Shown piece after piece: positions 1-13,540 of a stretch of 64,000 nt of DNA. The DNA is taken from contig OY740795.1 of NCBI GenBank assembly GCA_963514005.1, forward strand, positions 46,252,001 to 46,316,000, read 5' to 3'. The notes under the pieces were generated by a model, which had not been told where the DNA came from, made no database searches, and saw only the letters and a list, made by a program, of their open reading frames with translations. The DNA comes from Raja brachyura (taxonomy: Eukaryota). Position numbers and translations under genes: made by a program. Each line of letters opens with the position of its first letter. The first letter of the stretch is position 1.

Positions 1-559
1 AACTTGGAATCTCGTATATAACCACGAGTCTGTTTTTTTTCTTTCACTTGGGGTCACTCGTGGGTGGACTCGCACCGTGAGACAGGGCTTTTATCTGAAT
101 CACTTTACTCAGTTTTCTGAGGCTTTAATTATAGCCTTTAATTTACTCTGATTTAGGAAACTCAAGGGTATCTGCAGTTTAGTTTGGGGCTTAAAGTAAG
201 CATGATCTGCTGAACCTGTTTTGGTACCCTTGTGCATATCAATGGCATCCAGAGCATTTCAGGGTTCAAGGCTGATCCTGCTTGTCACTTCTCCACTAAG
301 TTTTCTCCGACAGATGAAAATTCCATTGGTTTCACTCTGTCCTCTTGATGCCTGTATTCTGTGGAAACAAATAACTGAGATCAAAACATTTGTAATGTGT
401 ATAATTTATTGGGCTGCGCTGTTGGTGTTTATGATCAATGTCTGGTTACCCTGTGGTAATAACTCACCATCTCTTTAGTTTGTTACAGCCCTTATGTTTC
501 CTGAATAGTAAATTTATATTATTATTTCCAATCTGATGTACTTGCTGGGCATCTCTGGG

Positions 560-807
560 CATCTGTTATCAAGCAAATGAAACGTCCTCTCATCAACTAG
601 AGAGTAGCCCGGACCTCATTGGAGACCTTTGAACGATCTTTAATCGGACTTTACTGGACTTTATCTTGGACTAAACGTTATGCCCTTATCATTTGACTCT
701 ACACTGTGGATGGCTTGATTATTATCATGTATGGCCTTTTTGCACGCAACAAAAGGTTTTTCACTGTACCTCGGTACACGTGACAATAATAAACTGAACT
801 AAACTAA
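560..807 (+). mobile_element. LINE (Rex-like) 3' UTR tail
   Basis: tttcactgtacctcggtacacgtgacaataataaactgaactaaac tail; related tails reversed near 17829 and 54962. Confidence 0.55.
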
Positions 808-922
808 GCATGCATGTCAAAGCTACCATGGAATGCCAGCATCCTTATCAAAACAAAAGCATTTGTGAAACATTTGGGATTTGTAAACAATATGGAGGCT
901 ATCCTGGATATTGTATATTGAG

Positions 923-1012
923 AGATAGACACAAAATGCTGGAGTAACTCAGCAGGACAGGCAGCATCTCAGGAGAGAAGGATGGCGTTTTGGATAGAGA
1001 CTCTTCTTCAGA
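923..1012 (-). mobile_element. Penelope-terminus-derived short element (degenerate)
   Basis: Reverse complement of the 8168-8320 family. Confidence 0.7.
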
Positions 1013-1672
1013 GAATACACTATGGGATCGATCAAGTATTGACAGACCAGTTCAAAATGATACTTCCAAAATCAGAAGCAAAGATAGAGGTATATTGTTG
1101 GCAGAATTATAAAATAGTGCAGATAAAGTTGGGGGGTTAACATTGTAAACAATTTAACATATAACTGAATTCTTATTAAAATTTGATGTGGAGAATTATT
1201 ATAAGCCTCTGCCAAATTCCCCCTTCTCCACTGCTGGAAACACCAGGAATCTATCAGTGAGCAAAATTACATTCTGCACCTATACCAAATCTTACTTTCC
1301 CCATCCATAGTTTATAGTGTTACAGTTTCCATTCCAAGGTGATGCAAGAACAAACTATCCTGAAGATATATCTAAGCACCCTGAAGATGTTACATGCTGC
1401 TAAGATATTCTAATGTGTGTTTTTTTAATGCTATGAAATCAGTGCAATGCTGGTCTTTGATGCATGCTTCTCATTTAAAATGTCCAGCACCCAGTCTATC
1501 ATTTTTTAAATTATTCTAGAGACACAAGGAACTGCAGATGTAGGAATCATGAGCAGCATATAAAGTGCTGGAGAACTCAGCTGGTCAGGCAGCATCAGGG
1601 GAGGGAATAAACAGGCCACATTTTGGTCATAAGTGAAGGGAGCAGAATTAGGCCATTCGGCCCATCAAGTGG

Positions 1673-1998
1673 AGGGGCAGCACGGTGGTGCAGCGGTAGA
1701 GTTGCTGCCTTACAGTGAATGCAGTGCCGGAGACCCAGGTTTGATCCCGACTACGGGAGCTGTCTGCACGGAGTTTGTATGTTCTCTCCGTGACCTGCGT
1801 GGGTTTTCTCTGAGATCTTCAGTTTCTTCCCACACTCGAAAAACGTACAGGTATGTAGGTAAATTGGCTTGGCAAATGTAAAAATTGTCCCTAGTGTGTG
1901 TAGGATAGTGTTAATATACATGAATCGCTGGTCGGTGCGGACCCGGTGGGCCGAAGGGCCTGTTTCTGCGCTGTATCTCTAAAACTAAAAATACTAAA
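1673..1998 (+). mobile_element. tRNA-derived V-SINE (HE1-like), full length
   Basis: A/B boxes (TGGTGCAGCGG, GGTTTGATCCC), V-domain GGAGTTTGTATGTTCTC..., CR1-type tail GGGCCGAAGGGCCTGTTTCTGCGCTGTAT. Confidence 0.85.
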
Positions 1999-2599
1999 AC
2001 TCTACTCCGCCATTCAATCATGGTTAATCTACCTCTCTCTCCTGCCTTCTCCCCATAACCACAGACACAGGTCGGAACCTTCCTTTGTGGACAAATTTGT
2101 TTCTTGGTTGGTTAAATAGAAGCTGAATGAAATTTTGAGTCTCACCAGACTCTGATCCATTTCATCTGTGTAGGACTATGAGAAGTATTTGTTGCTATCT
2201 GCTTTGGTGGCCTCACGAGGGGACAGGTGTACATTTGTCAGTGTGGAAAGAGGAATCGATGCTATAAATTGCCAATATGTTCTTCTTGACTTATTGCAGT
2301 GAGATTATCAATCCCTCGACGTGGCTTTCTCTCATGTAGAAGGTTTTTCAGCACTTTTGCATCATAGCTCTTTGCTGGTGTTCTTCCCATTGTTATTTGG
2401 GGAGAAGATATGTAGGAAAAATGTTGATGTAAACATGCAGCAACATGTGAGTCAACGTTAGAATCAGGCAAATCACATCTTGTTGAAGATGCTGATCTGT
2501 GGGAAACAAGTATACTCATTGGTGTAACATTGATGTCCAGAAAAGTCATAAGAAATCAATTCTATCCTGTCCAAAAACATAATTAGATAAAAAAACAAG

Positions 2600-3145
2600 T
2601 CCATCATCACGGAAGAGTTGAGCCATTGTGTTTCATTTTCAAGGAAGGATTAGGGTTGAGCAGATTGGTTCAAAAACCTGATAGTTGTAGGTAAGCAACT
2701 GTTTCTGCATCTTGTGGTGTGGGACTTCAGCCTTCTGTACCTCCTGCTCAATGGTAGCCTTGAGAAGAGGACGCGACCAGGATGATAGGGATCCTTGATG
2801 ATAGATGCCACCTTCTTGAGATAGCATCTCATATAGATGCTCTCAATGGAGGAGAGGCCTATGTCTGTAATGGTTTGGCCAGAGTCCACCACTTTCTGCA
2901 GCAGCTTGTGTTCCAGATTATAATTGCTATATCAGGCCATGATGCAACCAATCAGGATTGTACTGCACATCTGCAGAAGTTTGGTATAGTATTCGCCAAC
3001 ATCCTGAATCTCCTTAAACTTCTAAAAAAAGTAGAAGCACTTGTGCGCTTTCTTCATGTTTACATCTATGTTCTGGTTTGAGGATAGGTCATTCGAGATG
3101 TTAACTCCCTAGAATTACAGCCTGTTAATGCACTCCACTGCTGCA
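2600..3145 (-). mobile_element. Rex1/Babar-like LINE 3' remnant
   Basis: RCYLKKVASIIKDPYHPGRVLFSRLPLSRRYRRLKSHTTR. Confidence 0.75.
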
Positions 3146-3174
3146 TATCACTATAATATATCACTGTAATATAT

Positions 3175-3615
3175 AACCATATAACCATATAACAATTACA
3201 GCACGGAAACAGGCCCTCTCGGCCCTTCCAGTCCATGCCGACCATTCATTTTCCCCTAGTCCCATCTACCTGCACTCAGACCATACCCCTCCATTCCCTT
3301 CCCGTCCATATACCTATCCACTTTACTTTTAAATGTTAAAATCGATCCTGCCTCCACCACTTCTGCTGGAAGATCATTACACACAGCCACCACTCTCTGA
3401 GTAAAGAAGTTCCCCCTAATGTTACCCCTAAACTTCTGTCCCTTAATTCTCATGTCATGTCCTCTTGTTTGAATCTTCCCTACCCTCAATGGGAAAAGCT
3501 TATCCACGTCAACTCTGTCTATCCCTTTCATCATTTTAAAGACCTCAATCAAGTCCCCCCTTAACCTTCTGCGCTCCAAAGAATAAAGACCTAACTTGTT
3601 CAACCTTTCTATGCA
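3175..3615 (-). mobile_element. CR1 LINE 3' end
   Basis: LGLYSLERRRLRGDLIEVFK...TRGH...FFTQRVV ORF2 C-terminus plus tail. Confidence 0.9.
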
Positions 3616-4329
3616 ACATTTAACTATCAATGTAATAGTGTTGATCCATTTCTCATATACATTGCTTCTTCACAACAAGAGGCAATGCCAAGGTCAGATC
3701 TTAATTTTCTTGACTTTCTCACAGCAAGGATACCCCAACTTGGTGATGATATGTTTTTTTTTAATAACTTCTGATTTGCAGTTGCACTAACCTTAGTACG
3801 CATTTAATGCATAAAAGCAGGGGCAATTCAATATTGAAGCATACGTTTATGGTACTTCTTTGATGTACAGAAATAACATAAAAATGAGGGAAGAAAAACA
3901 TTACTAATAACTGGTAACTTTATGCAAGTTGTGGGATCTGTGGGTTTTGTTCAAAGCTCAATAAGTCTAACTCATGGAGATCCCTCACCTGCAACATATA
4001 TGTCTGGAAGCCACAACCATTATGAGTTGTACCATTCATGGGGCATTCATTCAGTAGCAGGCTTTCATCAAATAGTCAAGTCTCGCACCAAACATATTGC
4101 TCATTGATCAGCCTCAACTTCTGATTCTCCACCGCCATTACCTCCAGTACCACACCCACCTCCCATCCCACCATCACCACCACCCAGGAAACCTCTTCCC
4201 CAAATCTGTGGGTTCAGCCCTGGACCTGCCTGAATTTGTTATTTGTGGTGGCAAAGCCCAGGGAGGAAAAGCATTATGTGTTCAAGGCAGACTCAGGAGC
4301 CTATTTATTGAGTGAAAGATCCATCAATT

Positions 4330-4680
4330 GAAAGATACAGAATGGAAACAGGACCTTCATACCAACACGACCTTCAGCCCATTTCAAGTCCACGCCGACC
4401 ATCCATCACCCGTCCATACTAGTTCTATGTTATCTTACTTTCTCATCCACTCCCTACACACTAGGGGCAGTTTACAGAGACCAATTAAACTAGAAACAAT
4501 CTACTTTTAGAAAGAAAGCATGCCTTTGCGATGTGGGATAAAACTGGAGTACCCGGAGGAAAGCCATGTGGTCGGAAAGAGAACACATGAACTCCACACC
4601 GACAGCACCCAAGGTCATGATCAAACTAGGGTCTCTGGAGCTGTGAGGCAGTAGGTCTACCAGATTTACTACTGAGCTGT
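4330..4680 (-). mobile_element. V-SINE, diverged
   Basis: Reverse complement similar to 1673-1998. Confidence 0.7.
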
Positions 4681-7600
4681 ACAGGAGTATTGTCAAACAA
4701 AATATTCATTGACCCACCAAGATTAACTGAGTAATATGCTGACTGAGGCAAGTGGTGTATTATTTAATGCCTGGTAAATTGCTTTGTTCTGATATATCTA
4801 GGTTAGTCAGATCCTTATGATCTCTTTAGTTCAGTGCTGGTATTTCAGTAGGAAACACTGGAACTCAGCTTCTGCCCATACAAAGCTCACTCCATAGTTG
4901 AGGCGGGGTGTTATTGGAGGAAAACATAACTACTCTATTAGTTTAAATGCCAAAAAATGTAATAGCTGTTTACACTATGGATAGGCTGTCATCTTAATAA
5001 TGGTGCACATCACTTTGAAAGTAGTAAGTCATCTCAAGTATCACGTTCAATAATTCCAGCAGATTTTGCCCATTGTCTGGGATCAATGGCTGCTATAAAA
5101 CCTCATCCTGAGTGATGTTCTGCCTCACTGTAAGGAGGTTGGAGACTGATATCAATGTGGATCAAACATTTCAAGCAGATAAACATTGCTGAAAAATAGT
5201 TGCAGTTGTTAAGACAGTGATATCTTAATAACCCGTGATATGTTGCTAGGTCAGTAATAGGATAAAGGCCAGATTGAGGTCACGCTTGGTTGTGAGGCAA
5301 ATATGACCGTAAACATCCCTCTAAAATAGGAATACAAGTCTCAAAAATAAATTGCAGTGTGCACATCGACAAGGATGATTTTTCATAATATTTGCCATTT
5401 TTCAAAAACTATAAACTTTTTTTTAATTCCTGACAATCGATGAAATGTATCTTTCAATAAAATGTTTGAATTGTATTTTATTTCTGAATTTCATATAAAC
5501 TGTACGTGGTCACCGGGGAGTGAAGCCGGCAATATCTAATTGATTTTTTGTGTGATGCTATAAACAAAGTGAGTATAGCTCAAGATTTCATTACAACCAA
5601 GTCCGTCAGGCTACTATTATTTACAACCTAGATCAATTTCATATAAAACTTTTATTAAGATCATGCTCTTCTATTTGCTATCAATGTAGACAACAGCTGT
5701 GCCCTCAATATAAGAGATATGCCCTCAATATGAGATATGGTAACATTAATGTAAAATCTCCAGTAAATTTCAGAACTAATCTTCACACTTACTTGTTAAG
5801 GATACACTAAGTTTTTTCTTTCAAAGCTCCATCTCATCGATGAAAATAAGGAGCAGAGGTTACCATGCCCAATTTGTAGTGGCCAGTTTACACAGCACTG
5901 TAAAATTATTGAGCCAGGCCCATTAAGTATATTTTTATACAATATTTGAGCCTCTGAGTGACAAAATATTCGTTTTTATAAGGAATGTTATTTTACACTT
6001 CCTGGTTTTAATGGGGCAATTCAGTCTTAAACACAGTTGAAGTTTCTTATAAATATACAAGGCATTTTATGTTTGTACCTGAAACTGATTCAAAGCTTTT
6101 AACTTCACACACAAAATAATTATATCATTTAATTTAAATGATCCATAGACATTTTATGGGACAAATCTCCCAAAACTTTTAACTGATATACACAAAATGG
6201 TGGCAGCCCTGCCTTGATTTGTAGTGTTGGATGATACATTAATTATTCAAAATTTAAAAAGGACAAAAAAATCACCATGCAGTGTCTAAAACATGTGATA
6301 CAGATCACAAGGCAAAAATGTAGACTATCACATCTATACCAGAGAAACACATTTAGGTTGTATTTTTCCTATATGTATATGCCTTGAAAATAAATAATAA
6401 AAAAGTTTTGCTAAATAATTTTACCCAAGTATGAAAAAATATAATGTGAACTCTGTTAAAGCTGTACATTAATCATGTTAGCTAATATTAAATTTGTAAA
6501 TTAGCACAGCCTCTTTATTCTATTACATTGGATCAGTAACCTCCAGCTGTGAGCATGAGTTACCTGATTTACATGCCCAATAGAAGCACAGACATACAAA
6601 TTCAGACAGAAAATAGAACTGGTATTAAAACAATAAAGCTTTTGGGCATCGCTAATAAACTTGATGTTTAGTTTATTGTTAAAACATATCAATCTGAGAC
6701 ATGTTTACCTGGCCATTTACATTTTCATAGTTCTACTTCAAATTTTCTGAGCGGTATGTTATCTAAAAGAAAGATGTCTTATAAATTAACTGAAAATATT
6801 CCACGTGAGGCAAAAAGTGGAACGTTATAAAAGCAGTGAAACAGCAATATGAAGTGCACCACAGAGCAATATTTGAGATTTATTACCGCAAGAGTATAAA
6901 CATTGTTTATCTTTCAACTATACAGGAGGTTAATATCACAAATCAAAGGATGGGACGGAATAAAATGCCAGAGATATCATTCTACTCCAGAGCAAAATAG
7001 TGATTAAAAAATACTCAAACACATTATTTTATTGAGTAAGTCAGATGTTCACTGACCCATATCTAACAATGTGGAAAGTAATGCAATAAATGTTTTCAGA
7101 ATTTTGATTTTGAAAACAAAAGCAAAATTGCCATTAAGTATCTTATTTTATTAATACCATTTAGGTATTAATTTATTGTTTAGTGGTAGTTAGATGTTTA
7201 ACCTTTACAATGATCTTCTTGAGACAGTTGTCCACCACATTTTGTGTTGTGTGTTCTTTGGTAATAGCCACATTTAAAACCAACCTGTTCCAAAAGACGA
7301 GTCGTTTATTGTTTTTTATTAAATTCATATATCAGAGTAATAAAAATAACATTTCAATGTTCGCATTCAAATGATTGCTGTGTGAGTTTTATTAAAATGA
7401 GTATAAGGTCATTTAAGGTCATTTTGGAAGAAACAGAAAATGATCCCATTATTATGGTGGTGTTAAATTCTCCAACCATATGCCGGCAAGGCCTGCTGTA
7501 ACTCACAAGAGGGTTTGTTGAGTGGACAGATGGACCCTGATAGACAGCCTCTGTAAAGCCATCTGCTAGATCTAGATTGGGATTCTATTGACAATGCCTG

Positions 7601-8167
7601 ATGCATCAGCCATTAACTCCATTCTGGCATAGCAGCAAACTGGTGTGTAATGTGAAACCTAACCCCAGGACACACGTCAGTCTATCAATCTACTGTTACA
7701 GGTCATCCAGAGACAGTAGAAACATTGTGTGTCTGGTGCACCATGCATGCAAACCACTTGTCCAGACTGGTGGAGAAAACAATGCAAATGATAGGTACCC
7801 AAGCACCTTTTTAACTGCTTGCAAGATACTTAACAAATCTCCAAAATAATCCCATACATTCAGAATATCAACTGAAAGATCACAGATGGTGTTGTCTGCT
7901 TACTGTGTAGCATTTACAATTATCTGCTTACCCAAAGGCTATAAAGACAACATATTTGTTGACATTCTTAGATAAGCTTTATAATCAGAGAAGGAAGTTC
8001 AGGATGAGTTATTTTCTCCTGAAAAGGAAAGCTGAAGGTTGCCCAAATGGAGGTGTATAAACATTGTGAAAATGGGGAAGAGTTTCTTTGCATCAGGAAA
8101 GCCAGAACGATGAATGTCAAATAGTCACTAAGAGGTGAAATGGAAAAATTAGAAGCATTCTTTATCA

Positions 8168-8320
8168 CTCCCCCACTACCCTGACATCAGTCTGAGGAAG
8201 GGTCTCGACCCGAAACGTCACCCATTCCTTCTCTCCAGAGATGCTGCCTGTCCCGCTGAGTTACTCCAGCATTTTGTGTCTACCTTCGGTTTAAACCAGC
8301 ATCTGCAGTTCTTTCTTACA
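8168..8320 (+). mobile_element. Penelope-terminus-derived short element with hammerhead-like core
   Basis: CTGAGGA-AGGGTCTCGACCC-GAAAC-GTC at 8192-8219; TSD CATT(C/T)TTTATCA. Confidence 0.8.
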
Positions 8321-8858
8321 CATTTTTTATCAAGAAATTGATTTAAAAAAAATATGGAACTCATCACCACAGACATTGATATAAATAGTATTTTAATTTC
8401 ATACATAATAAATATGCACATGTAGGCAAGAGGATGTAAAGGTTAAATTGATAGCACTAGATGTAGAAGGAAGAGAGGTAACATGCGTAGAGGATGAATT
8501 CATTAGGCCATATGGTCTGTTTCTGTTTTGTACATTATGTTTAATTATTTCCATGCAATGAAGATCACCAGAAATTACTTTAAAAGACTTCAGCAGAAAC
8601 CATTAAAGCATTGCTTTTAAATAGCCAGCAGAGATTTGGAGTGTGTGGGAAGGAACTGCAGATGCTGGTTTACGTCGAAGATAGACAAAGAGATTTGGAG
8701 TGATTAGTTACTTCTGGGTAAGTGCCAGCACTTTTCTTCAGGAAGTTGTTAATATAAATCCTAGCAGAAGTCAAATTATAGAATAGATGTGAATTGCAAT
8801 TTGTCATTTTTTGCCCAATGGTTTGGGCGCACTTTCCAGTGTCTGTGTTTGAGGGATT

Positions 8859-9207
8859 TAGAAACATAGAAATTAGGTGCAGGAGTAGGCCATTCGACTC
8901 TTCGAGCCGCCATTCAATATGATCATGGCTGATCATCCAACTCAGTATCCCGTACCTGCCTTCTCTCCATACCCGCTGATCCCCTTAGCCACAAGGGCCA
9001 CATCTAACTCCCTCTTAAATATAGCCAATGAACTGGCCTCAACTACCCTCTGTGGCAGAGAGTTCCAGAGACCCACCACTCTCTGTGTGAAAAAAGTCCT
9101 TCTCATCTCGGTCCTAAAGGATTTCCCCCTTATCCTTAAGCTATGACCCCTTGTCCTGGACCTCCCCAACATCGGGAACAATCTTCCTGCATCTAGCCTG
9201 TCCAACC
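8859..9207 (-). mobile_element. CR1 LINE 3' end
   Basis: RTRGHSLRI...FFTQRVVGLWNSLP. Confidence 0.9.
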
Positions 9208-11088
9208 ATTTCAGTTCGAGATGAAAGAGTACATCAGTAAATCCTTGATAGCACTCAAACTATACAAAATCTTGACCAGAAGAATTATCAACTGTGAACT
9301 ACCAGCAAAGGAACGAGGGTGAAACACTAGCAAAGTGCACTGCTGTATACAAGATAATGAATATGGCAAAAGCTTTAAAATGTACCCAAGGCAATGTCTA
9401 CAATTAAAATATCTAAATCCAAATTAGCTGCAGAAAGCTATGGTCAGGGCTCTCGTCCTTACTATTGATTGTCCAGCTGCAATAAGTGTTACATTTCATT
9501 GGCTTACCAGCATCATTGTAGTACAATCATTTTTAATTTAAACAGATTTTTTATGTTACAATTTGAACTTCATTTAAGTATTTATACAGGATTAGTGAAT
9601 AAGAATGGTGGATTAACAGTTATCTAATTTATTAATCAAGGTAAGTTGTTGATTTTTTATATTAAGCAATCAAAATGAATGTTTTTTAATTGAGCCTTTA
9701 CTCCTTGCATTGCTGCACTAACTCCAATTAAAATGTTGCTTTTTCTGATCAGCCACTTGCAAATTCCTGATCTAAGTTCAGCTCTGTAATAATAATGTTT
9801 TGCCTGGCCCAATGTTGTTTACAAAAGAGACTCAGGCAGGAGGATGTGTTACGCACATATGGGATCCCTCTTGACCCTGATCACCAGTTCTGTGGGAAAG
9901 GGGTCAGTATATACGTCAATTGGATTCAGCTGATTCAAACAACCTGCATTTGTATGATACAAGCACTTGTGTATGACATGGCTAGACTAAGTGAAGGAAG
10001 AAACACAAAACGATCATCCAATTTAACCAATAAGTAGGTGGGAGAAACAAGGAATCAATAGAACTATAACTGATTAGATTTCCCAGGGTGTTCTTCAGTA
10101 GTTGGCTCATGGATATTTGCATCAAAGCTGCCAATTGCATGCTAGTGTTCTGGAATTAACTTCAGAAGAGCTCACTTCGTTCACCATTAATATGCAAAGT
10201 CAGGAGTGTGGAAGTGCCTTGAATTCAATCTCAGGAAAATACTACCCGTACCTCTGCTTTATGCAGTGGAGCCAAACGAGTAAAAATAAAACAAGGTCCT
10301 TGTGTGTGTACACTGAAAATTATTACCACTGGCTTTATGCAATATTGAGCTAATGAAGCAGTGATAACACTTCTGAGTTGCTGCAATCAATTTTTCGCTG
10401 TTACACTACTCTCATAGGTAACATTACTCAATGCAACATCAAGCCCAGTTTGAAACATGTTGTATTCTTGTTAAATTAAAGCAGCATTTTATTTACATGT
10501 TTTGGTTCTGCTCGAATTTGCAAAACATTGACATTTTATTGTCGAGCCTATGAAAGCCACACAACTTGTCATAGTTTTAAAGATTTGCAGCTCCCAATTT
10601 ATGTAATCTACTGCTTGTTGCAAACTGCTTTCTGTGGCTGGCACCCGAGTCCTGGAATAGAGTGGAACCCTAGTGTCAAACATGGTTGAGCAAAATCTCA
10701 TGCACGGTTGCTGATTTTGATTTACGTTCAATGACTTCTTGTTGAATATGCCTATATTACCATGTGCAGGGGACATATAGATACCAGCAATACCTCCAAA
10801 GGGCAGTAAACATGGCGAAAAAGCTACAACTTACTTTGGAAAGGAAATCAAAACAAAAATAGGCAGATACTGTAAATCTGAAATAAAAGCCTCCATCTTC
10901 AGTAGAGAAGGAAATATAAAATGTAGATTTGGGCAGGGTTCTAAATCTAACAGTCTGTCTTCAGAATAATGTAGTATGCTGGTAAGTGAGGTGAAGGTAT
11001 AGCAACAAACCAACAGAACTGCAGTTTAATTGTCTGGGCTAGATTCTGGGCATGGTTATGACAATGTAAAGTGGGAAGAGCAGAGAGA

Positions 11089-11210
11089 AGTCTGAATAAG
11101 GATCTCAACCGGAAACGTCACCCATTCCTTCTCTCCAGAGATGTTGCCTATCCGGCCGAGTTCCCCCAGCATTCTGTCTATCTTCGGTTTAAACCTGTTC
11201 TTTCCTACAT
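11089..11210 (+). mobile_element. Penelope-terminus-derived short element
   Basis: Same family; core mutated (CTGAATA). Confidence 0.75.
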
Positions 11211-11962
11211 GTTGTGATAGTGAGATTCTATGAGGGTATATTGGCTATGGCTGGCACCCGAGTTCTGGAATATTTGTTAAAAAAAGTTGTTGTTAAACTG
11301 TCCACAAAAATCCAGTTTTCATTGGTGGTCAGTGATGGGGAGATTAAAAGGAGGAGGGTCCACATATCTCACACATCAGGGAGCAGAGCGTCATGAGGCC
11401 TAGTTGGTTGGTGGTGGCAATGTGGTGTTGGGGGAAGGGGAGGCAGAATGAGAAACAGCCAGAAATATCACAAGATCAGATGGACATGTCACTGAAATAT
11501 GCAAGATTGCGGATGGAATGTGATGGCAGTGGCTTGTGGCAGTGGGGAAAGAGACATGCCCAAAGGATAAAACGCAAATACTTTTGTCCTACATAATCAT
11601 CAGTTTAGAGCATGATATTAAAACCATTGGCCCAAGAATTCCTAATGACTGTCACTATTGGGAAACTATGGGCCAATACGCTTTGCTATCCAAACAAATT
11701 GGGTCAGGCGTCCAATAGGGATTTGTACTGGGATGTACCCAGTCAAATTTCCGGAATAAAGCAAAATGACCCAGAAATGGGCATCATCACAGTTCTCCCT
11801 GGATAAGGTCAATAAGTCAATTTTCATTTACATGACATTGAAGAAAATAATGTTAAATTATTTAATTTGCTACAACAGTACCTACTTCACTGAGAGGATG
11901 GAAATCTTATTTCTATTATCTGCATAAGGAGAATTATATTAATCATAATGATATACATTATT

Positions 11963-12330
11963 AGGAAACAGAACAGTATGCGACAGGAACAGTCTCTATG
12001 GCCCACAATGTGCCCTCCGAACATAATGCCAGGTTAAACTAATCTCTGCCAGCAAGTGAACCTTATCCCTCCATTCCTTGTATATCAATTTGCCCATCTA
12101 AATGCCTCATAAATGCCATATCTATCATATCTGCTTCCATCACCACCTCTGGCAGCGCGTTCCAGACACCCGCCACTCTCTGTGTAAATGTTTTTTTTGC
12201 TGCACATCTTTAACCTTTGCGCCTTTCAGTTTAAAGCTATGCACTCTCGTCTTTGAAAAATCCCACCCTGGGAAAAAGATTGTGACTATCTTCCCTATCT
12301 TTGCCACTCAAAGTCTCATAGACTTCTATC
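11963..12330 (-). mobile_element. CR1 LINE 3' end, diverged
   Basis: Similar to the other CR1 tails. Confidence 0.65.
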
Positions 12331-13130
12331 TAACATACTTTGATGTGCTTGAAATAGGTATGTGTGGTCCTGAGGGTTGCGTTCAACTAATCCGTGTGGT
12401 AGAATTTTTAACAGGAATATTCTGGACAATTGCCTCAAGGAAACCAGCCAGGTCTGCTGCTTTAGATTCCAGACCAAACCTACACTGGTGCAAAGATGGT
12501 TTGGTACTGATATGAACAAACGGAACCCATCTCGAGTTTGTAACAGAAGATTTTATTGATGTGATTCCAAAATTTACGGATAACATCTTCTGGAGGAAGA
12601 TGAAAGTCATGTCAAAATCAGATCTCAATATTAAATTAAAACATTTGGCCAGAATTTCTCATTTCTATGTTCTGTGTGCTGCGATTATTCTCCAATCATG
12701 TTACAAGCCAGTTATATATAGTAAGCAAGTGGAAAATCAAAGCAATTTATTTTTTTGTTATAAAAGAAAAACATATATAAACCAATGATTTTACATTGTC
12801 TTATAGTTAAGAGTGGCCATGTTCAGAGATATGGGGCCATAATTTTGGTTAGTAGACTTAAAATAATAGTATCATGACAATCAGTTCAGTATCTATTTCA
12901 TATGTTTAATCTATGAATAGCTTTTTTGGGCTTTGCACTTAAATTTATGAATTACGGAATGAACTGTTGAAGAGTTCATGCAGCTTCATCAGTTGTTTTT
13001 TTAATACTCCATCAACTAAGTGAATTCCAATCTGTTTATTAGACTTGGTTTGACACCTATCTCTGGGTAATGTAGATTTGATCCACAGGTGTAGATCTTG
13101 CTACTGGTGAGCGAAGATTAGAAGGAAATT

Positions 13131-13330
13131 AAGACAAAAAAAGCTGTAGTAACTCAGCGGGACAGGCAGCATCTCTGGAGAGAAGGAATGGGAGACGTTT
13201 CGGGTCGAGACCCTTCTTCAAACGTCACCCATTCCTTCTCTCCAGAGATGCTGTCTGACTCGCTGAGTTACTCCAGCTTTTTGTGTCTATCTTTGGTTGA
13301 AACCAGCATCTGCAGTTCCTTCCTACACAC
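13131..13330. mobile_element. Fold-back (inverted dimer) of the Penelope-terminus element
   Basis: Reverse copy then forward copy; 12-bp TSD TAGAAGGAAATT (13119-13130/13331-13342). Confidence 0.85.
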
Positions 13331-13540
13331 TAGAAGGAAATTTGATCCACGTATGAATTTTGCTGCTGACAGGCACTTTAAGAGAGACCAGCATTGATCG
13401 GGGCAGATAATGCCAGCAATCAGCTCTTTTAATGCATTTCCATTTTATGTACGCTGTTATTTTAGAACATGCATTTCAGGTGATATGAACAGCCAAACAT
13501 ATTAATTTAGAGTAGGGATTGGACACAGGGATTTGCCAGA

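Noticed and set aside
1673-1760. tRNA gene
   Set aside because: tRNA-derived SINE head that continues into the V-domain and LINE tail; no full cloverleaf
2262-2549. 95-aa minus-strand ORF as an exon of a neighbouring gene
   Set aside because: No recognisable homology or convincing splice context
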